Shown: positions 51,632-64,000 of the stretch, piece after piece | How positions within the stretch are numbered: the stretch's first letter is position 1 | Layout: each line of letters starts with the position of its first letter | Source: Amoebophrya sp. A120 | Taxonomy: Eukaryota > Protista > Dinoflagellata | Direction of reading: 5' to 3' | Assembly: GCA_905178155.1 (NCBI GenBank) | Contig: CAJINV010000001.1 | Span: forward strand, 15,376,142 to 15,440,141 | Length of the DNA stretch: 64,000 bases | The notes under the pieces: model-generated | The model's database searches: none | The model's input: only the letters and a program-made list of their open reading frames with translations | What the model was told of the DNA's origin: nothing | Translations under genes and position numbers: made by a program

Positions 51632-52882
51632 TTTGATTGGTTTGGAAATCAGGAAAGCTAGTGGCCGCAGGACCGAGCAATTTAAGAGAATGCAAATTAG
51701 ACGCAATTAACCGAAGGACATGAACAAGAACGAAGCGGCACAGTGTGCTGCTTGATCGCATCACGCTTCGCCAAGCAAAAAATGATGCAGATCAATAAAT
51801 GAAAACCAAAGAAGAAGTAGCCAGCCACAGCGAGCGGCACCACCGTTCAGCTCCAGCACGACCAGCAGACCATCATGATATAATCAAGTGATACTTGAGT
51901 AGCTGCGCCGCTGGCTTTGCTTTTGCTCTTGTTGTGGTCTTGAACCTGCGCGCCGATGTACACGTAATTTTGAACTATAGCAAAAACAGTAGCAATACTA
52001 TCATATCACAATGATCTGAAGAAGTGATATTTCTATTTGTCGACTGCAGTGGAGCAGAATAGCTCTCTGCGGCCTTCTATTATTTTAGTCTGGAAGTGAG
52101 CGCCAATGAATGACGACATTGATTGACAACGAGGGATGTCGAGCGCGAGAGGAAAATACGTTTAGTGACATCTTGATCTTGGCGTCGCGAGTGATCGGAC
52201 GGAGCGTCTTTGTAACAGGATTTTTGCTGTCCGAGGAGAGTTGTTCTACCTAATATTCATGTACCCCGTCAGGTTTATTTCTATGATTAAAATTGACTTC
52301 ACTTTGGAAATTGATGTCTATGATTGACGGCTGATGTAGTTGACATTTGATGACAGGTAGATCAATCTCGACGGGGAGAAATGTTCGTGCATTGCGTGTT
52401 GTATTCGCTTGCGCGTTCGTCTTCACCTTGACTTTTATTCATTTCGATGTACGAACCGTAGCGAGCAAGAGTATCGATGTTCGAATGTGCTGAGACATTG
52501 TTGATTTCGCTCTGCGGAACTTCTTAAGCGGCACGTGCAACACTTACTCGTTCGCGGCCTTGTTCGGACGCGAGCACACAACTGAGATTGTTCGGCGCAA
52601 TACTGTTATTGATTTGTTTTCAGCTCGTAAGTCTTGTGGAACGGCCGGCAGCTGCACACGAAGGTGTTCGAGTTCGTGTGAAAGTTTAAAGGGACCGTGG
52701 AGAACTTGCAGTCTCAACGTTTCCAAAAACCCTCAACCGACCGTAGGAGTGGGAGTAGGAGTATTACTTGACCAGGCTCTGCAGAGCCTTTTCTTTGGCG
52801 GGCGTAGTAGATTCTGCAAGTTTATCTACGACAATCTCTTTTCGGGATTTGGCTTTTTTCTTTTTGTCAACTGAAAATCAAA

Positions 52883-53272
52883 ATGGTTAAGGTCCAGGAT
52901 TACTTGTGTAAGTTCTTTTACGACCTCGGAGCAAAGGCCTGGGCCGCCAACGAAACCGGGGAGTTTGTCGACGGAAGCCATGATAGCAACTTCTGGACGA
53001 TAAAACAGGACGGCGCTCTTGCATCCCTTAAAGGAGAAGGGGACCCGAGCAAGACTTGTTCCTACCACGAGGATCCGAGAGTTCCATGGGATGATCCGCA
53101 AGGGGCGCCTCATCAAAGAGCTTGCAACTTTGTCAAGGATGACATCATTAGGGAATGCAACAAGCGACTTGGTGGACTCATTCACGAATGGTATTTTATG
53201 CGGGGCGCACGTAACGACATGCACCAGGGGAGGTTGTTGAACCTCCTGCATCCGCTTCCTATGATTCAGTGA
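52883..53272 (+). CDS. Small hypothetical protein (129 aa)
   Basis: Compact ATG-TGA ORF with globular-like composition in AT-richer surroundings, AAAATGG start context, on the same strand as the cluster. Confidence 0.5.
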   Translation: MVKVQDYLCKFFYDLGAKAWAANETGEFVDGSHDSNFWTIKQDGALASLKGEGDPSKTCSYHEDPRVPWDDPQGAPHQRACNFVKDDIIRECNKRLGGLIHEWYFMRGARNDMHQGRLLNLLHPLPMIQ

Positions 53273-54874
53273 GCCTGACGAGTGCTACTGCCTCAGCGTC
53301 AACGACTTCTACTTACTTTCTAATCGTCTTGAAGTCTTAATATGTGTAGAAAGTATCATAAAAATAAATGATTGCATGCACTGAATTCGCGAAGATGTAC
53401 ATGAACAACAACACCTGTGCACTTATTTTGTCTGTGCGATTTTTCTTTTTTCATCACGCAAAAAATGAAAACAGCCACCACTTTGTATGCTGGCGGAAAT
53501 TACGTTTTTGAGCGTGAGAAAATGAAAAAGCAGGTTTTCGCACTCTCACAAGCGGCTGCTTGATTCTGTCCACTAGGGTTTCAAAAAGAAATTGCACTAG
53601 GCCCGGTAACGCAAAACAAGTGGTGCTCTTTCGCGAAAAAATCTCTTGGCGATGAATTTCGGAGGTCAAAAAAACAAAGGGGCTTATCCACAGGCCCACC
53701 GCGTGAGCATTATATATATATTTTTGCCGACATCTGTTCAGCTTCAGATGTCGGCAAAAATAAAAATAATGCCTCCCCCTCGCGAAAGCGGCCATGCCAT
53801 TCGGCAGTTCGTACTTTGGCGAGCTCTAATTCACTAGAGCAACGTAGTCGGTGAGCTCTAATTTACTAGAGCAAAGGCCCAACGACAACGTGGGAGCATG
53901 CCTAGCTAGCAGCCGCAACACCATCGACCGTGCGGCAGCGGGTTGTCCCGCTCCTTGCGGCCGCAAGCTTTTCTTTTACGACGGATGTCTTGTTGATTTT
54001 GTTCGCCTGAAACAACAGCTTAGAGCGTGGCCCGAAGCGGGCTGCAGTGTTGGACCGCGAACCCTGAGTCGCGCCTCAAAAGTGGCGTCCGCGAGGGCCG
54101 CGCTCTCATCCTCTAACCAGACAGCCAAGGGCTGCGTTGCATCCTTCGTGCGTGTGCGGTTTGCGCGCACCACTTCCTGTGCACTGCAGTCGTCACCACC
54201 CCGCCCTTTCATTGGTCGTTCCCGCGCACCACTTCCACTACCTTTCATTGGTCGTGCTGCTCCTGATTGATTGCAGTCGTATGCATGACAACCGAAACTA
54301 CGACGGCAGGCGGTTAAGCCCCCCCCCCCCGCCCACGACTTTTCGCCGTAGTTCTCCAGGGCGCTTGTCGTTTTATATATTGTCGCTTGTCTTGTAGATA
54401 CTTGTACTCGGCTGAACCTGCTGAAGGAATGCAGCGGGCGAGCATCTGAACTCTAAATAAAGAGGGGACAAAATATCGCTGTAGATTTTGATTATAATCT
54501 TGATGAACAGATTCATTCAGTTTCAGATTGATGTAGAGTGTTTGCAAAACAAGCCATAATCCCCCATCCACACATTGCGCTCGCGTGAAAAGCAAAACGG
54601 CAGCATTGTGTGCCACTCTTGGTAAACTCGGCTCGCCAAGAACTGCCATCGTTGTCAGAGCATGCCCATGCGCTATCGGTAGTTCGCCGTGCTTGGGCTG
54701 CGCCACTCGTGGAACGCGAAACTGCGCAGCTTTCGTAGACAGTAAGTAAAATAATTCATCTCATGACTTCAGACGCAAACTAAAGAAGGCAAGTTAGTAA
54801 ATGTTGGCACTGGCGCTGATTATCAAGTCATAGCCGGAAATCTGTCTGGCAGTGCAGGTGCAGGAAGCACGGAG

Positions 54875-56130
54875 TTGGATTCTACCGCCAGAGACGCTGC
54901 ATTGCCTATGGAGCACCAACGGGGTGAGGAGGAGAAAGAAAGCGGTGACGTTCTGTTGACATTTACCCCGCACAATGAACCAGTAAAAGCGGACGCTGCG
55001 GGTGCGGACATTTTTCTGATATGTTCAAACTATTCGCCGACAATATCCATAACCATATGCGTAGCTGTGCTGGATAGTTTGTAGTAATACAAAGTTCTTT
55101 TATATGTAAAAAGATGTCTCAGTGTGTGAAGCTGAAGACTCACTATCAATCAAAAAACGAATGATCCTTGGCAATGTATGTTGTTTCTTTTATTGATTTT
55201 GTAATCAATAATGCACCATATTCCCACCGAGACACTAAGTACTGTTTTTTCAGGTGATAGTTCCACATCCGTCGGCGCAGCGGCAGCTGGCGCGGAACAA
55301 GCAGACCATCTACCACTCGCCGCTCCGAATCCCGCCAACGCTTCCGCACCACAGTTTACTGCAGACGTTGCAGTAACTGTTATCAGACAGCGACCTGGGA
55401 GCATCTTCGGTGCAAAAGACGCCGGCAATCTGACAGTGAATAATGCTGCCACGGTTTCATTTGTCGCTGAGTATCAACAAGCGCAAAGGCCCCTACTTGC
55501 CCATTTGGATCAATCACCTGGTTCTAGTAGTGACCAAGAATTTGTTATGCTGCGCAGAAGGTTTGCGTTTGAGTTTGGATTTGATATATTACCTTGTGAT
55601 CGTTGGTCTTGGCGCTGTTCCTCGCGCCAATGCCCCAGAAAATAAATACATGATGTTGAAGGAGAAGATAGCATGAAAACTTCACTAAGTTTTTCGTATA
55701 GCAATCGGGAATAATATAATTTTTAGATACAGTACTAACTTCTACTTGTTCATCTTCATGATGAGGGGATAAAGAAAATCGTCAATGTTACCTCACTGAG
55801 CAGGTCGTCAGCTACAGGGGCTACGGCTAGCATGATTAATTGTCGTTTATCTAGTTCACTTTCGAAAGTAGATTTTGACCGAGATCCAAATCGCAATAAG
55901 GAAAATTTGCCCAGGATGCCGAGGACGAGTCGCAGCAATTGCTCCTTAGCACCCCCGCGTCCTCCAATTTCACAAATACGCACATTCGCCCGGACCTGAT
56001 TCTAGCGGAGCGGCCGGTAGAACAAGAAGAAGGAGCTGGGGACGCGAATCATATAGCTGTGGAGATAGAGAAGACCAGGCATAAAAGGTACTGCGGTGAT
56101 TTACATGTAGTGAGGTGGCGACGCTTCTAG
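54875..56130 (+). pseudogene. Possible decayed gene
   Basis: ORFs 54875 and 55211 join in frame via GT-AG 55002-55253. The sequence downstream of ~55640 has several in-frame TAA/TAG codons. Confidence 0.3.
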
Positions 56131-58400
56131 TCGGACATTTTTCTTGATTTGAATACAGCAGAATGATCTGTAAATAAATTCCTAAGCCAATAGCTCGAGC
56201 ATTTTTCATGTACATAAATAAAAGCTACACCTAAATATTGGTTCCGAGCATTTAATTTTACGCCGGTCTGGCTTCTGGCTTTTCCGGCCTCGAATCGAGA
56301 GAGGGCTCCATCGAAAACCGCACACAAAAACGAAAAAGGTATCCGGCTGCACCCTTTCGAGGCGCCCGCCGCCTGCGGTTCTGGCCGATTGGGGTGCCCA
56401 AAGAAGCACCCACACAAATCGCACGCAAAAGAAAGACAGCAAAGCGGCTGCCGTGCGGTATGGCTGTAATTTTTGGCCAGTTTGGGCGACCTCCACAGCG
56501 GCCGGCTCTTCGCCGGCTAGCTAGGCCTTTCCTTACCCGCGAAGGCTATAATTCCCGTAAGAAAGTAAAACGAAAATAAAAACGCATGCCTTTCAAAGTC
56601 CTGAAGCTGGCCCGCATGGTTATGGTATGGGGGCGCTTTTCTACCCGTTCTGTGACCCCTTGGGCCGCGCCTAAGACGGGCCCGTGCTCTCGGGATTAGC
56701 ATCCGGGAGCACGCCAGCAAAGCTCGCAAATTTTTTGGCCGTAAGAGAGCGGGCGGGCCCAAAGAAAGAGAGCGGAACGCAGCAAAAGCAGCGCCCATGC
56801 CGATTGCCGCCTCCGCGTAGTCAGGCTCCGGCCACTTTCCGGCGGTGTTCTCGGCGTCTGTGCTGAAGTCAAAAGAGAAGCAGCAAAGTTGAGCCTCCGC
56901 GCAGCAAGCATGCTATGCAGCCGGTATTATTTGGCCACCCACACTTTGGGTTGCTTTCTTACTCTTGGTCATGTTCGTTGCGCGCCGGCTCGTCGGCCCG
57001 ACGGGGGCAGAAAACCAGAAACAAAACGCCAACCGCGTCAATACCTCGCTCGTCCCGCGCCAGCGGGAGGCTCTACTTGGCGCGTAGACTCTACGCGATC
57101 CCCGATCCCCAATCCCCCATCCCCCAAAAATAAACATCCCCAATCCTCTCTAAGAGAGGATTGGGGATGAGCCACGTGTGTCGACTTCTTGGCTGTGGAA
57201 CAAGTCTGAAGGAAAGCGCGACCATTCCGCTACATCGAGAACGAAAGTAATAAATGCCAGAGCATGTTGTTGTAGTTGATGGGAAAAAGGGGAGTACGAG
57301 ACGGCTCTCAATTTGATAAACACTAGCGAGGCTGTGGCTCGGACAGGCCGGGCCTGGCGAGGCCGGCCGGGCCTACTGCATTCTGCTGGCCGCCCCCCGC
57401 CACAGCTTCCTCCTGTTTAGTTTCCGCCGGCCGCTTCGAAGTCCGCCGAGGTTTTCGGGGTTTCTCCGTGTGCCGGCCCCTGCCCTAGCCCTTGTGGTCT
57501 GATGGCCGGGGTCAGCCGGGGACGGGCTCTTGAGAGTCCTGTGAAGATCAACGATGGCGATGACTCAGTTTTTGTTTTACAGCGCATGCGCATTAAAAGC
57601 CTTAGCCTTTCTCTGCGCAAGAAATTGCAGGCGTTGGGCCGCGCGACCCCCTCCGTTTTCTGGTCTCGTTTTACAACCAAAAACCGAACAGAGGCAGGAG
57701 CCATGTATCGGCCGGGGGGTTGGCGCGTGCTCCTTCCGTCGAAGCTCGGCCGGATGCAGTCGCCAGCTACTTATATATGAGGTGCCATTCAATATCAATC
57801 CGCACTGTGGCGGATACAGAATGGGGGGGCTTGTTGGTCGCGCTATACTAGCTTCGGGGCAGCGTTGTGCATAGGTGAGTGCGTGCATGTGTGGGGTCGA
57901 GGGACCCTCTGCGTCAGGCCTGAAAAACACGGTTGTTGGGAAAGCCGTGGCCGCGGGGCTGGCCGGTCCGCCTAGCACCGACCGAAGCACGCTGCTTCTG
58001 GGTGTGTGTTTCCGCGCCTCCCGAACGACGTCGACCCTTACGGGAGCGCGAGCTCTCTAAAGGGTTTCGAGGACGCACCCAATTCCGAATAGGTTTAGCC
58101 TGATCCCTTTGGTGTTCGCGCTTGAAGGAAGCAGCCGCGCCGCTCGCGTCATTAGTAACAAGTTGGCTAGCCGCCGTAAAATGTGTGTATTTGTCTTCTC
58201 CGGGCCCCTGGAGGAGGGAGGGGCGCGTAGCAGTTCGCGCACGGGCGCGCTGCCAGCATCGCCGGCATTGCAAGACCTGTCCGTGTCCGCGTCGATCCAT
58301 AGACGCGACCGATTGATGGGGGCCGAAATGTGTTACCAAATGAAGCCAACATTGGTGCGCGATTATAAATCGATTAGCTTCTCCTGCTCAAGCAAATTGA
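56130..58400. repeat. Probable repetitive/transposon-derived GC-rich non-coding region
   Basis: It has no long ORF, a composition unlike the local AT-rich spacers, many GGCC-rich palindromes and a 35-bp palindrome. Copy number cannot be assessed from this window. Confidence 0.35.
57135..57169. repeat. 35-bp palindrome
   Basis: CATCCCCAATCCTCTC-TAA-GAGAGGATTGGGGATG has perfect 16-bp arms. Confidence 0.9.
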
Positions 58401-58504
58401 AGTCGATGGAAGATGAATAAGAATACTAGTAGAATTTGTCTTATGATAATGGTCGAAGTGGTGGATTATTTGAATGTAGTGGAGATTGTTATTTTACATA
58501 AATA

Positions 58505-59422
58505 CTCTATCTTATCCACAGCACGCCGCAAAAACAACTTCCTGCAACCGCGCAGAATTTCACCAACTCGGGAAGTCCCCTCCAGGTTCCCGTCCCGGGT
58601 GTGTTGGACAAAACTGCAAACAAGTTACTTGAGGACTTCAAGGCCTCTTCCTCTGGATCTGAGGCGGCCGTGCAGAAGAACGAAGAAGCAATAGCACAAG
58701 ACAAGTTGACCGACTTCAATCCGAATCCACAGGAAGAAGGCAACAAGTACAAGGAATTCAGCAAAACGTCCAACGGGAATTGCTTGGACTACTTGACAAA
58801 GCGCGTTTTCGGTGCCGAAGCCCATCGAAAAACGAAAGCGGCGATCTTGCAAGCGAAGAAATCCTTTGACTTTGAAATCGATGTGAACTACTTTTTCAAC
58901 TACAAGATTGATGCGGACTGGACCTTGAATAGAAGCGTTCCCATCCGCATCCCATCTTCATCTCCTGAGTCAGCAGGAAAAGGAGCAGGTGCTTCTGGTC
59001 AGCCAGTTTCCACTGCAGATGGACCGTCTCCAGCACCAGTGGCGTCTCCAACACCAGCGGAGGTGCCTGCAAACGGAGACGGCGCAACAACGGCACCGGC
59101 AGCGGTTCCGGTACCAGACGCAAGTGCCGGCTCCGCCGCGGTGGTGCATTTGACAACGGAAGGCCCTACACAGGGTAAAATGAGGCTCAAGCTGTATGCG
59201 AAGAAAAGCTTAATTCATGATGAGTACAAGGCAAAGTCGATGAAGACGAGAAACTTAGTTGACGGGACCGAGCCCGCGGAAACCGAAAAGTATACCAAAG
59301 AGAAAATTCAAGAACTTTTCTCCAAGTATCTCGTGGCGCCCGATTCGACTTTCGAACTTCACACACCACGTCCTCAAGAAACGTTTTCTGAAGACCCGAG
59401 GTCATTTCTGTCCTCTGCTTGA
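58505..59422 (+). CDS. Hypothetical protein, 5' end unresolved
   Basis: The frame of ORF 58601..59422 is open back to ~58502. It has K/E-rich segments flanking a Pro/Ala linker. I could not identify the upstream exon or start. Confidence 0.55.
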   Translation, partial: LYLIHSTPQKQLPATAQNFTNSGSPLQVPVPGVLDKTANKLLEDFKASSSGSEAAVQKNEEAIAQDKLTDFNPNPQEEGNKYKEFSKTSNGNCLDYLTKRVFGAEAHRKTKAAILQAKKSFDFEIDVNYFFNYKIDADWTLNRSVPIRIPSSSPESAGKGAGASGQPVSTADGPSPAPVASPTPAEVPANGDGATTAPAAVPVPDASAGSAAVVHLTTEGPTQGKMRLKLYAKKSLIHDEYKAKSMKTRNLVDGTEPAETEKYTKEKIQELFSKYLVAPDSTFELHTPRPQETFSEDPRSFLSSA

Positions 59423-60272
59423 GCTTTTTATACTTCTTCTATAACCCATGCAAGCAACTGGAAGTGGAACTGCCTGATCACCCACCTGTCAATGGGGAGG
59501 CTTGCAGTATAGGAGCTATTGTATAATATTAATCTCACGATTATCCTTATCGGGTGTACGTATAGCAAATAATGCGTGGAGGTGGACCGTGTTGCCTGCT
59601 AGGTTACACCGAATTTCCCTGACTCCTTGTGAATGATGACAATTGAAGATACTTCTCAGTACTCGAATTTGAATTTCGTGTGTATTCATGCGGTGTTGAT
59701 GACAAGTACAAGTTCGAGTTCTCTCCGATGCCCCCAGCTCTTGTTTTTGGTTCGTGGAAAAAACGGAGGATTGGCGTGCCACCGAGCGCATAACGGCCTG
59801 CGTTGGCAGTTCTGGGCCAGAAACTGCTTCCTAGGAGATAGACGATCTGTCGGTAGAAGGGTATTTGAGGCAGAGCAGAGTGGAAAAGTGTCCGTCACTT
59901 CAACGACAATGACAATGATCGGCGAAAGTGTGACCGACGGATGTTTATGTTACAGTCTTTTTGACTTGTTAGATCGCACGTCGCGAAGATAGCAGTGAAA
60001 ACAATTCAGCACCATCGCGAGCTTAAGTCGAGCTTTGGTGTCACGGCTTCTGATCATGGCAGTGACCACTTATCCAGGACGAACGCAAATCAATGCGGCG
60101 AGTCGTACATGATTCGAGGAAACACTGCGTAAGGTAGCTGAGGCGACGAATCTAATACTAGCAATGTGAAGATGTGTGATTACGATATGCATAGGCATAG
60201 CCATAGGTTCGTTTTGTTTTCAGGTGCAGTAGAAGTCTTAGTGTTAGTGCCGTCCTACTACCACGCACTAGA

Positions 60273-62236
60273 ATGCCATCTGTCGACCAGGGAGAGCGCT
60301 CCTGGTCCTCGTCTTCGGCGACAAGTTCGCCCGCACGCGTGGGCCGCGAGAAGTGCTCTAGTACCTCACTCTGTGTACCTTCGCCGGATGCGTCTCGACC
60401 TGGTCCTACCGTGGAGCCGGGCAGGAAGAGGACTGAAGATGAGCTCTTGCTCGAATTGGGACGCATGCATGGCGCTGCGGTATGACCAGCAACATATTTT
60501 TTGCATGTTGTAGTTGTTGTCTCTTGGTCAATCTTTTCTGCGGCCCTCTTGTTTGCTTGCGTTTTTCGCGTTGGTTTCCCGCCCTGAACATTTTAGAAGT
60601 AGGTCAATGATCGTTGCCTGGACCACATGGCCTGTTGCACGTGTACTTAATGTAAGTAACAACTGTGGGTAGAGGAAGAGGTAGCGTAGTTTTTTTAAAA
60701 TATCACCTGAGTACCAGCTCAAGAAAAAGTCTTTTTAGGCAAACATACTCTTTTCAGTCTACCAACCCATCGCCATCAACCTCGGAGGACAACGAGCTGA
60801 AGACAATAGCAGATGTCGAAAAGGTTTGTGCGTCGACGGAAAATGTTGATGAAGATGAAATCGAAAGAGATATGAAAAGGGGACATGCTCACGCTCATCC
60901 AGGAGGTTCCCGCCCAAATCACGAACATTCTTCTCAACACCCGGCTCCACCCCCGCCGCACGACTATCAATACGAGTACGACGCCGAAGAGTACTACACC
61001 GAGGACGGGCTGAGCGTGAAGGCCTCACCCCCACGACCTCCAATCCGCGGCGGTCGTCCTACCCCGGTGATCACGTCGCGCAGCAAAGTGATTACCAGCC
61101 CGAGCAACGCCGAGGTTTGGTACAACACAGTTCGGGAGCGACAGGAAGCCGATTTGGCCAACGCGCTCCGTTCCAACGGCTGGCTGGTAGAGGAACTGAA
61201 GCGGAAAACCGACCTGCTAGACGCGGCTAGACAAGAGCAGGAAGCCGAAGCCCAGCGGTGGCGCAACGAGCGCGCCGAGCTGGAGCGCGACGCAGCGCAG
61301 AAGGTAGAGGCCTTAGAAGGCGTGCTGGAAGATTTGCGGGCCCAGTTCGCCAACACAAAATTACAACTTGAGCACCAGGCCGAGGCGAAACGTCGGGTGT
61401 GCGAGGCGCAGTGCGAGACCATGCGCGAGGAGGTGGCGGAGAAAACTGGCGATATGAAAAAGCAGGATGAGCAGATACAACATCTCCGACAGCAAATCTG
61501 CAATCTGTGCCGCAGTCTGCAGGACAACCGCGACGCGACGCAGAAAGCGCTTCTGTCAGCGAAGGACGCAGTCGTGAGTGCTAGCAAAAAAGCGCAAGAT
61601 AACTACCGGGAATGGAAGAGCCAACAGAAAACGCAGTGGCCTTTGGACAAATTGTACTTCTCGCGACTGCAGGACGCGCTGCACACCATCGAGCTGAGGT
61701 GCACACGGTTGCTCGTCGATACGGAGAAAAGGTTCGGGTTTTTGCAAGAGGACGAAACTCGCTCTGCAGGAGGAGGTGGCCACGCTGCCGCAAAGAACGT
61801 GCGGTCTTCTGGTAGCAATGTTGTGAATGCAGGAAGGTGTGGGCCCACCGGTTCATCTTCATCAGCTAGTTCATCATCAGTCCGCCCAAGAAGTACAATA
61901 GCAGTACCACAGTCCACCGCAACTACCTCAGTTTCCCGCAGCAGCTTCACGCCGGGTCATCGGTCGTCGAGTTGTCAGTCGCCAGGTCGTGTCGCTGCTC
62001 CACAGAAAACGAGAACGATGGCAGCCGCACCGCAGCTGAACAAAGTCAAAAATAAGTGTTTGAATTTGTTTTTGGACGATTCGGTTTTGTCCGAAACGGC
62101 CGCGGAAACGTACCTGAACAAGATTGTGGAGAGGAGCAAACAAGAAGATTCGGAGGGGGTTGGTGGCGGTGGCCGTGGTGGGGTCGGGGGACGAGTGGTA
62201 AAGACAAGTTACAATCCGAATCGGTACAACACGTAG
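60273..62236 (+). CDS. Coiled-coil hypothetical protein; GT-AG intron 60480-60757
   Basis: GCG|gtatga...tttcag|TCT joins ORF 60273 to ORF 60665..62236 in frame. The central region is heptad-rich. Confidence 0.7.
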
Positions 62237-63066
62237 TGACGACCACACGATGCGTTTTGTATCTACTTTGAGGATAACCGAGGAACGCGACAAGAACACG
62301 CTTGTCCAAATTGGTTCTGGACTGGACGTGAGTCGTTTCCTTGTCGAGGGAGCGCACAGATTCAAAGAATACAATTAGAGCATACGAATAAGAAAAAAGA
62401 CGTCTTTAGCGACGCCCTGCTCACCGGTGTCGACACGCTAGTAGTCAGGTTTCTTCGCGAAAATCCTCCCAAGTGAGTTTAAGTAAGGCAAGCAGTTGGT
62501 TTTGATAGTTTAGGACTGAGATCATGTCGCTGCCAAATAATAGAAGTTGCCGGAAATCAAATAAAAACGATGTCAAGATCGAAGTCATGTTCATGATGTG
62601 CAGCGCAGGTGTCGTCTATCGGCGGCACGAAGATCGTAGAAAAGTCAGCCAAGTGATTTTGAACAGTGAGGCACTCAGATCTGCGTTCAAATGTGCAACA
62701 TGCAATCTAGATCCCAAATAGAATAAAACGGGCTTAATAATCGTCGCTCCGTCACGATCACGTGCCTTACCAGAGCACGGCGGTTCAGAATTTGCAAATA
62801 GTGGATCAGCAGATCGCGGCTCAGAATTCATGTGGTAGCTCTCGAACCATTACTGGAAAATTCAAATTGTTGACTACGACCAAACTACTTCTCTCGATTG
62901 ACTTTCTTAGTTCGCAATTGAAGCTATGACCATCATCATTCTCACCACCCCAGCATAGAACATACCGGAAACGAATAGCGTTCTAACACACTAGCGTCTT
63001 CAATAGAGCCTATCCGTATTTTAACCTCCCGCACAGCGTTTCTCGCAAAGCCCAGAAGCAATCAAA

Positions 63067-64000
63067 ATGAAGGTGAAGATGAAGAAGAAGGTTCTGGTGA
63101 AAAAGAAAAAAGGTTCGCTCAAGAAGCAGGCCGCTCCTGCTGCTCAAGAGACTGTCGCGCCTTCCAAGACTACTGCTACCAAGACTAGGCAGGTTGCGGA
63201 CATTGCACCCGTCCACTTAATACAAGAAGAGAAACAAGTGGCAGCAGATGAAAATGGTGCAAGCGAAGATGCTGACATGGAAAGCGATGAGGAAGGTGCG
63301 GCATCTACTGGAGACAACGATGACATCGACGAAATGGATGCTGATGATGTCGTTCCGGTTGAGCAGAAAAACCAGCAGAAAGGCGGTTCTTCGTCCTCCA
63401 CAGGCTCTTCTTCAAAAGTAGATTCTAATGAATCCGAAAACGCAAAGCAAGACATCGAAAACGCAACTTTTGCCTCGCTCGGCGTGTGTCCGGAACTTTG
63501 TCAGGCGGTCGAGGTTCTCGGATGGAAGCAGCCCACGGAAATCCAGCGTGTCAGTATTCCCCCGGCACTGGAGGGCAGGGACATTATCGCGCTGGCGGAA
63601 ACGGGAAGTGGGAAGACCGGCGCGTTCGCACTGCCGATCGTGCAGGCATTGCTGGACAAACCACAGCGGTTTTTCTGTGTGGCGCTGAGTCCGACGCGAG
63701 AACTGTGCGTGCAAATCGGGGAACAGTTCAAGGCACTCGGTGCAGCGATCTCATTGCAGGTATGCGTGCTGTTGATGAAGATACAAAATGCGGCTGCTTT
63801 TTAATTTTCTGAATCATTCCGTACGGTTCTCGTTTTTCAGTAAATTATGCAAGAAACGAAAATGTTCATCCGATAAAAAATCGATTTTCAATATGACACC
63901 TTCATCAGGTTTGCGTAATTCTCGGTGGCGTCGACATGGTGACGCAAGCTCAGCAGCTGGCCCAGCGGCCGCATGTTGTGGTCGCGAGTCCGGGTCGGCT
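63067..64000 (+). CDS. DDX47: DEAD-box RNA helicase DDX47/RRP3, 3'-truncated; GT-AG intron 63760-63908
   Basis: Q motif (TFASLGV...[10 protein letters not shown]), [57 protein letters not shown]. Confidence 0.92.

Noticed and set aside
53450-58400. Autonomous transposase for the introners
   Set aside because: I found no ORF with DDE, RT or tyrosine-recombinase motifs here or elsewhere in the window.
58414-58520. Weak foldback (GAATAAGA/TCTTATCC) upstream of the 58601 ORF as an introner
   Set aside because: It has no direct repeat and no supportable upstream exon, and AT-rich pairing may be chance.
1-64000. Prokaryotic systems (CRISPR array, operons, IS elements), rRNA or tRNA genes
   Set aside because: The DNA is eukaryotic with spliced genes. 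I saw no regularly spaced repeat-spacer array and no recognisable structural RNA gene.
1-64000. Genome-wide stop-codon reassignment
   Set aside because: ORFs of 900-1580 codons are open in the standard code and end on TAA, TAG or TGA. I found only one internal TGA.
1-64000. Dinoflagellate spliced-leader relic (CCGTAGCCATTTTGGCTCAAG)
   Set aside because: No convincing match by eye, only short GCTCAAG hits.

Overview
This is eukaryotic, intron-containing, fairly GC-rich genomic DNA. About 15 protein-coding genes all lie on the + strand: a WSC-repeat type I membrane protein, an F-box protein with a UL92-like Cys/His domain, a PH-domain protein, NIF3, two tandem signal-peptide SAM methyltransferases, RPA32, a protein with a permuted-papain-like NCxH motif, large low-complexity and coiled-coil proteins, a degenerate RsuA-like pseudouridine synthase and DDX47/RRP3. 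The unidirectional gene cluster and the mix of GT-AG and non-canonical introns suggest a dinoflagellate-lineage alveolate, most likely a Syndiniales parasite such as Amoebophrya (inference). The main signal is a set of reading-frame interruptions that look like small DNA transposons working as introns (introners). Five share one layout: a 5-bp direct repeat, then TAT, a terminal inverted repeat, an unrelated core, the inverted repeat, ATA (ATG in one), then the 5-bp repeat again. Removing the element plus one repeat copy restores the protein exactly, yet the junctions are not GT-AG. Two tandem paralogues show reciprocal presence/absence of these inserts. All splice models were worked out by hand and need RNA-seq confirmation.
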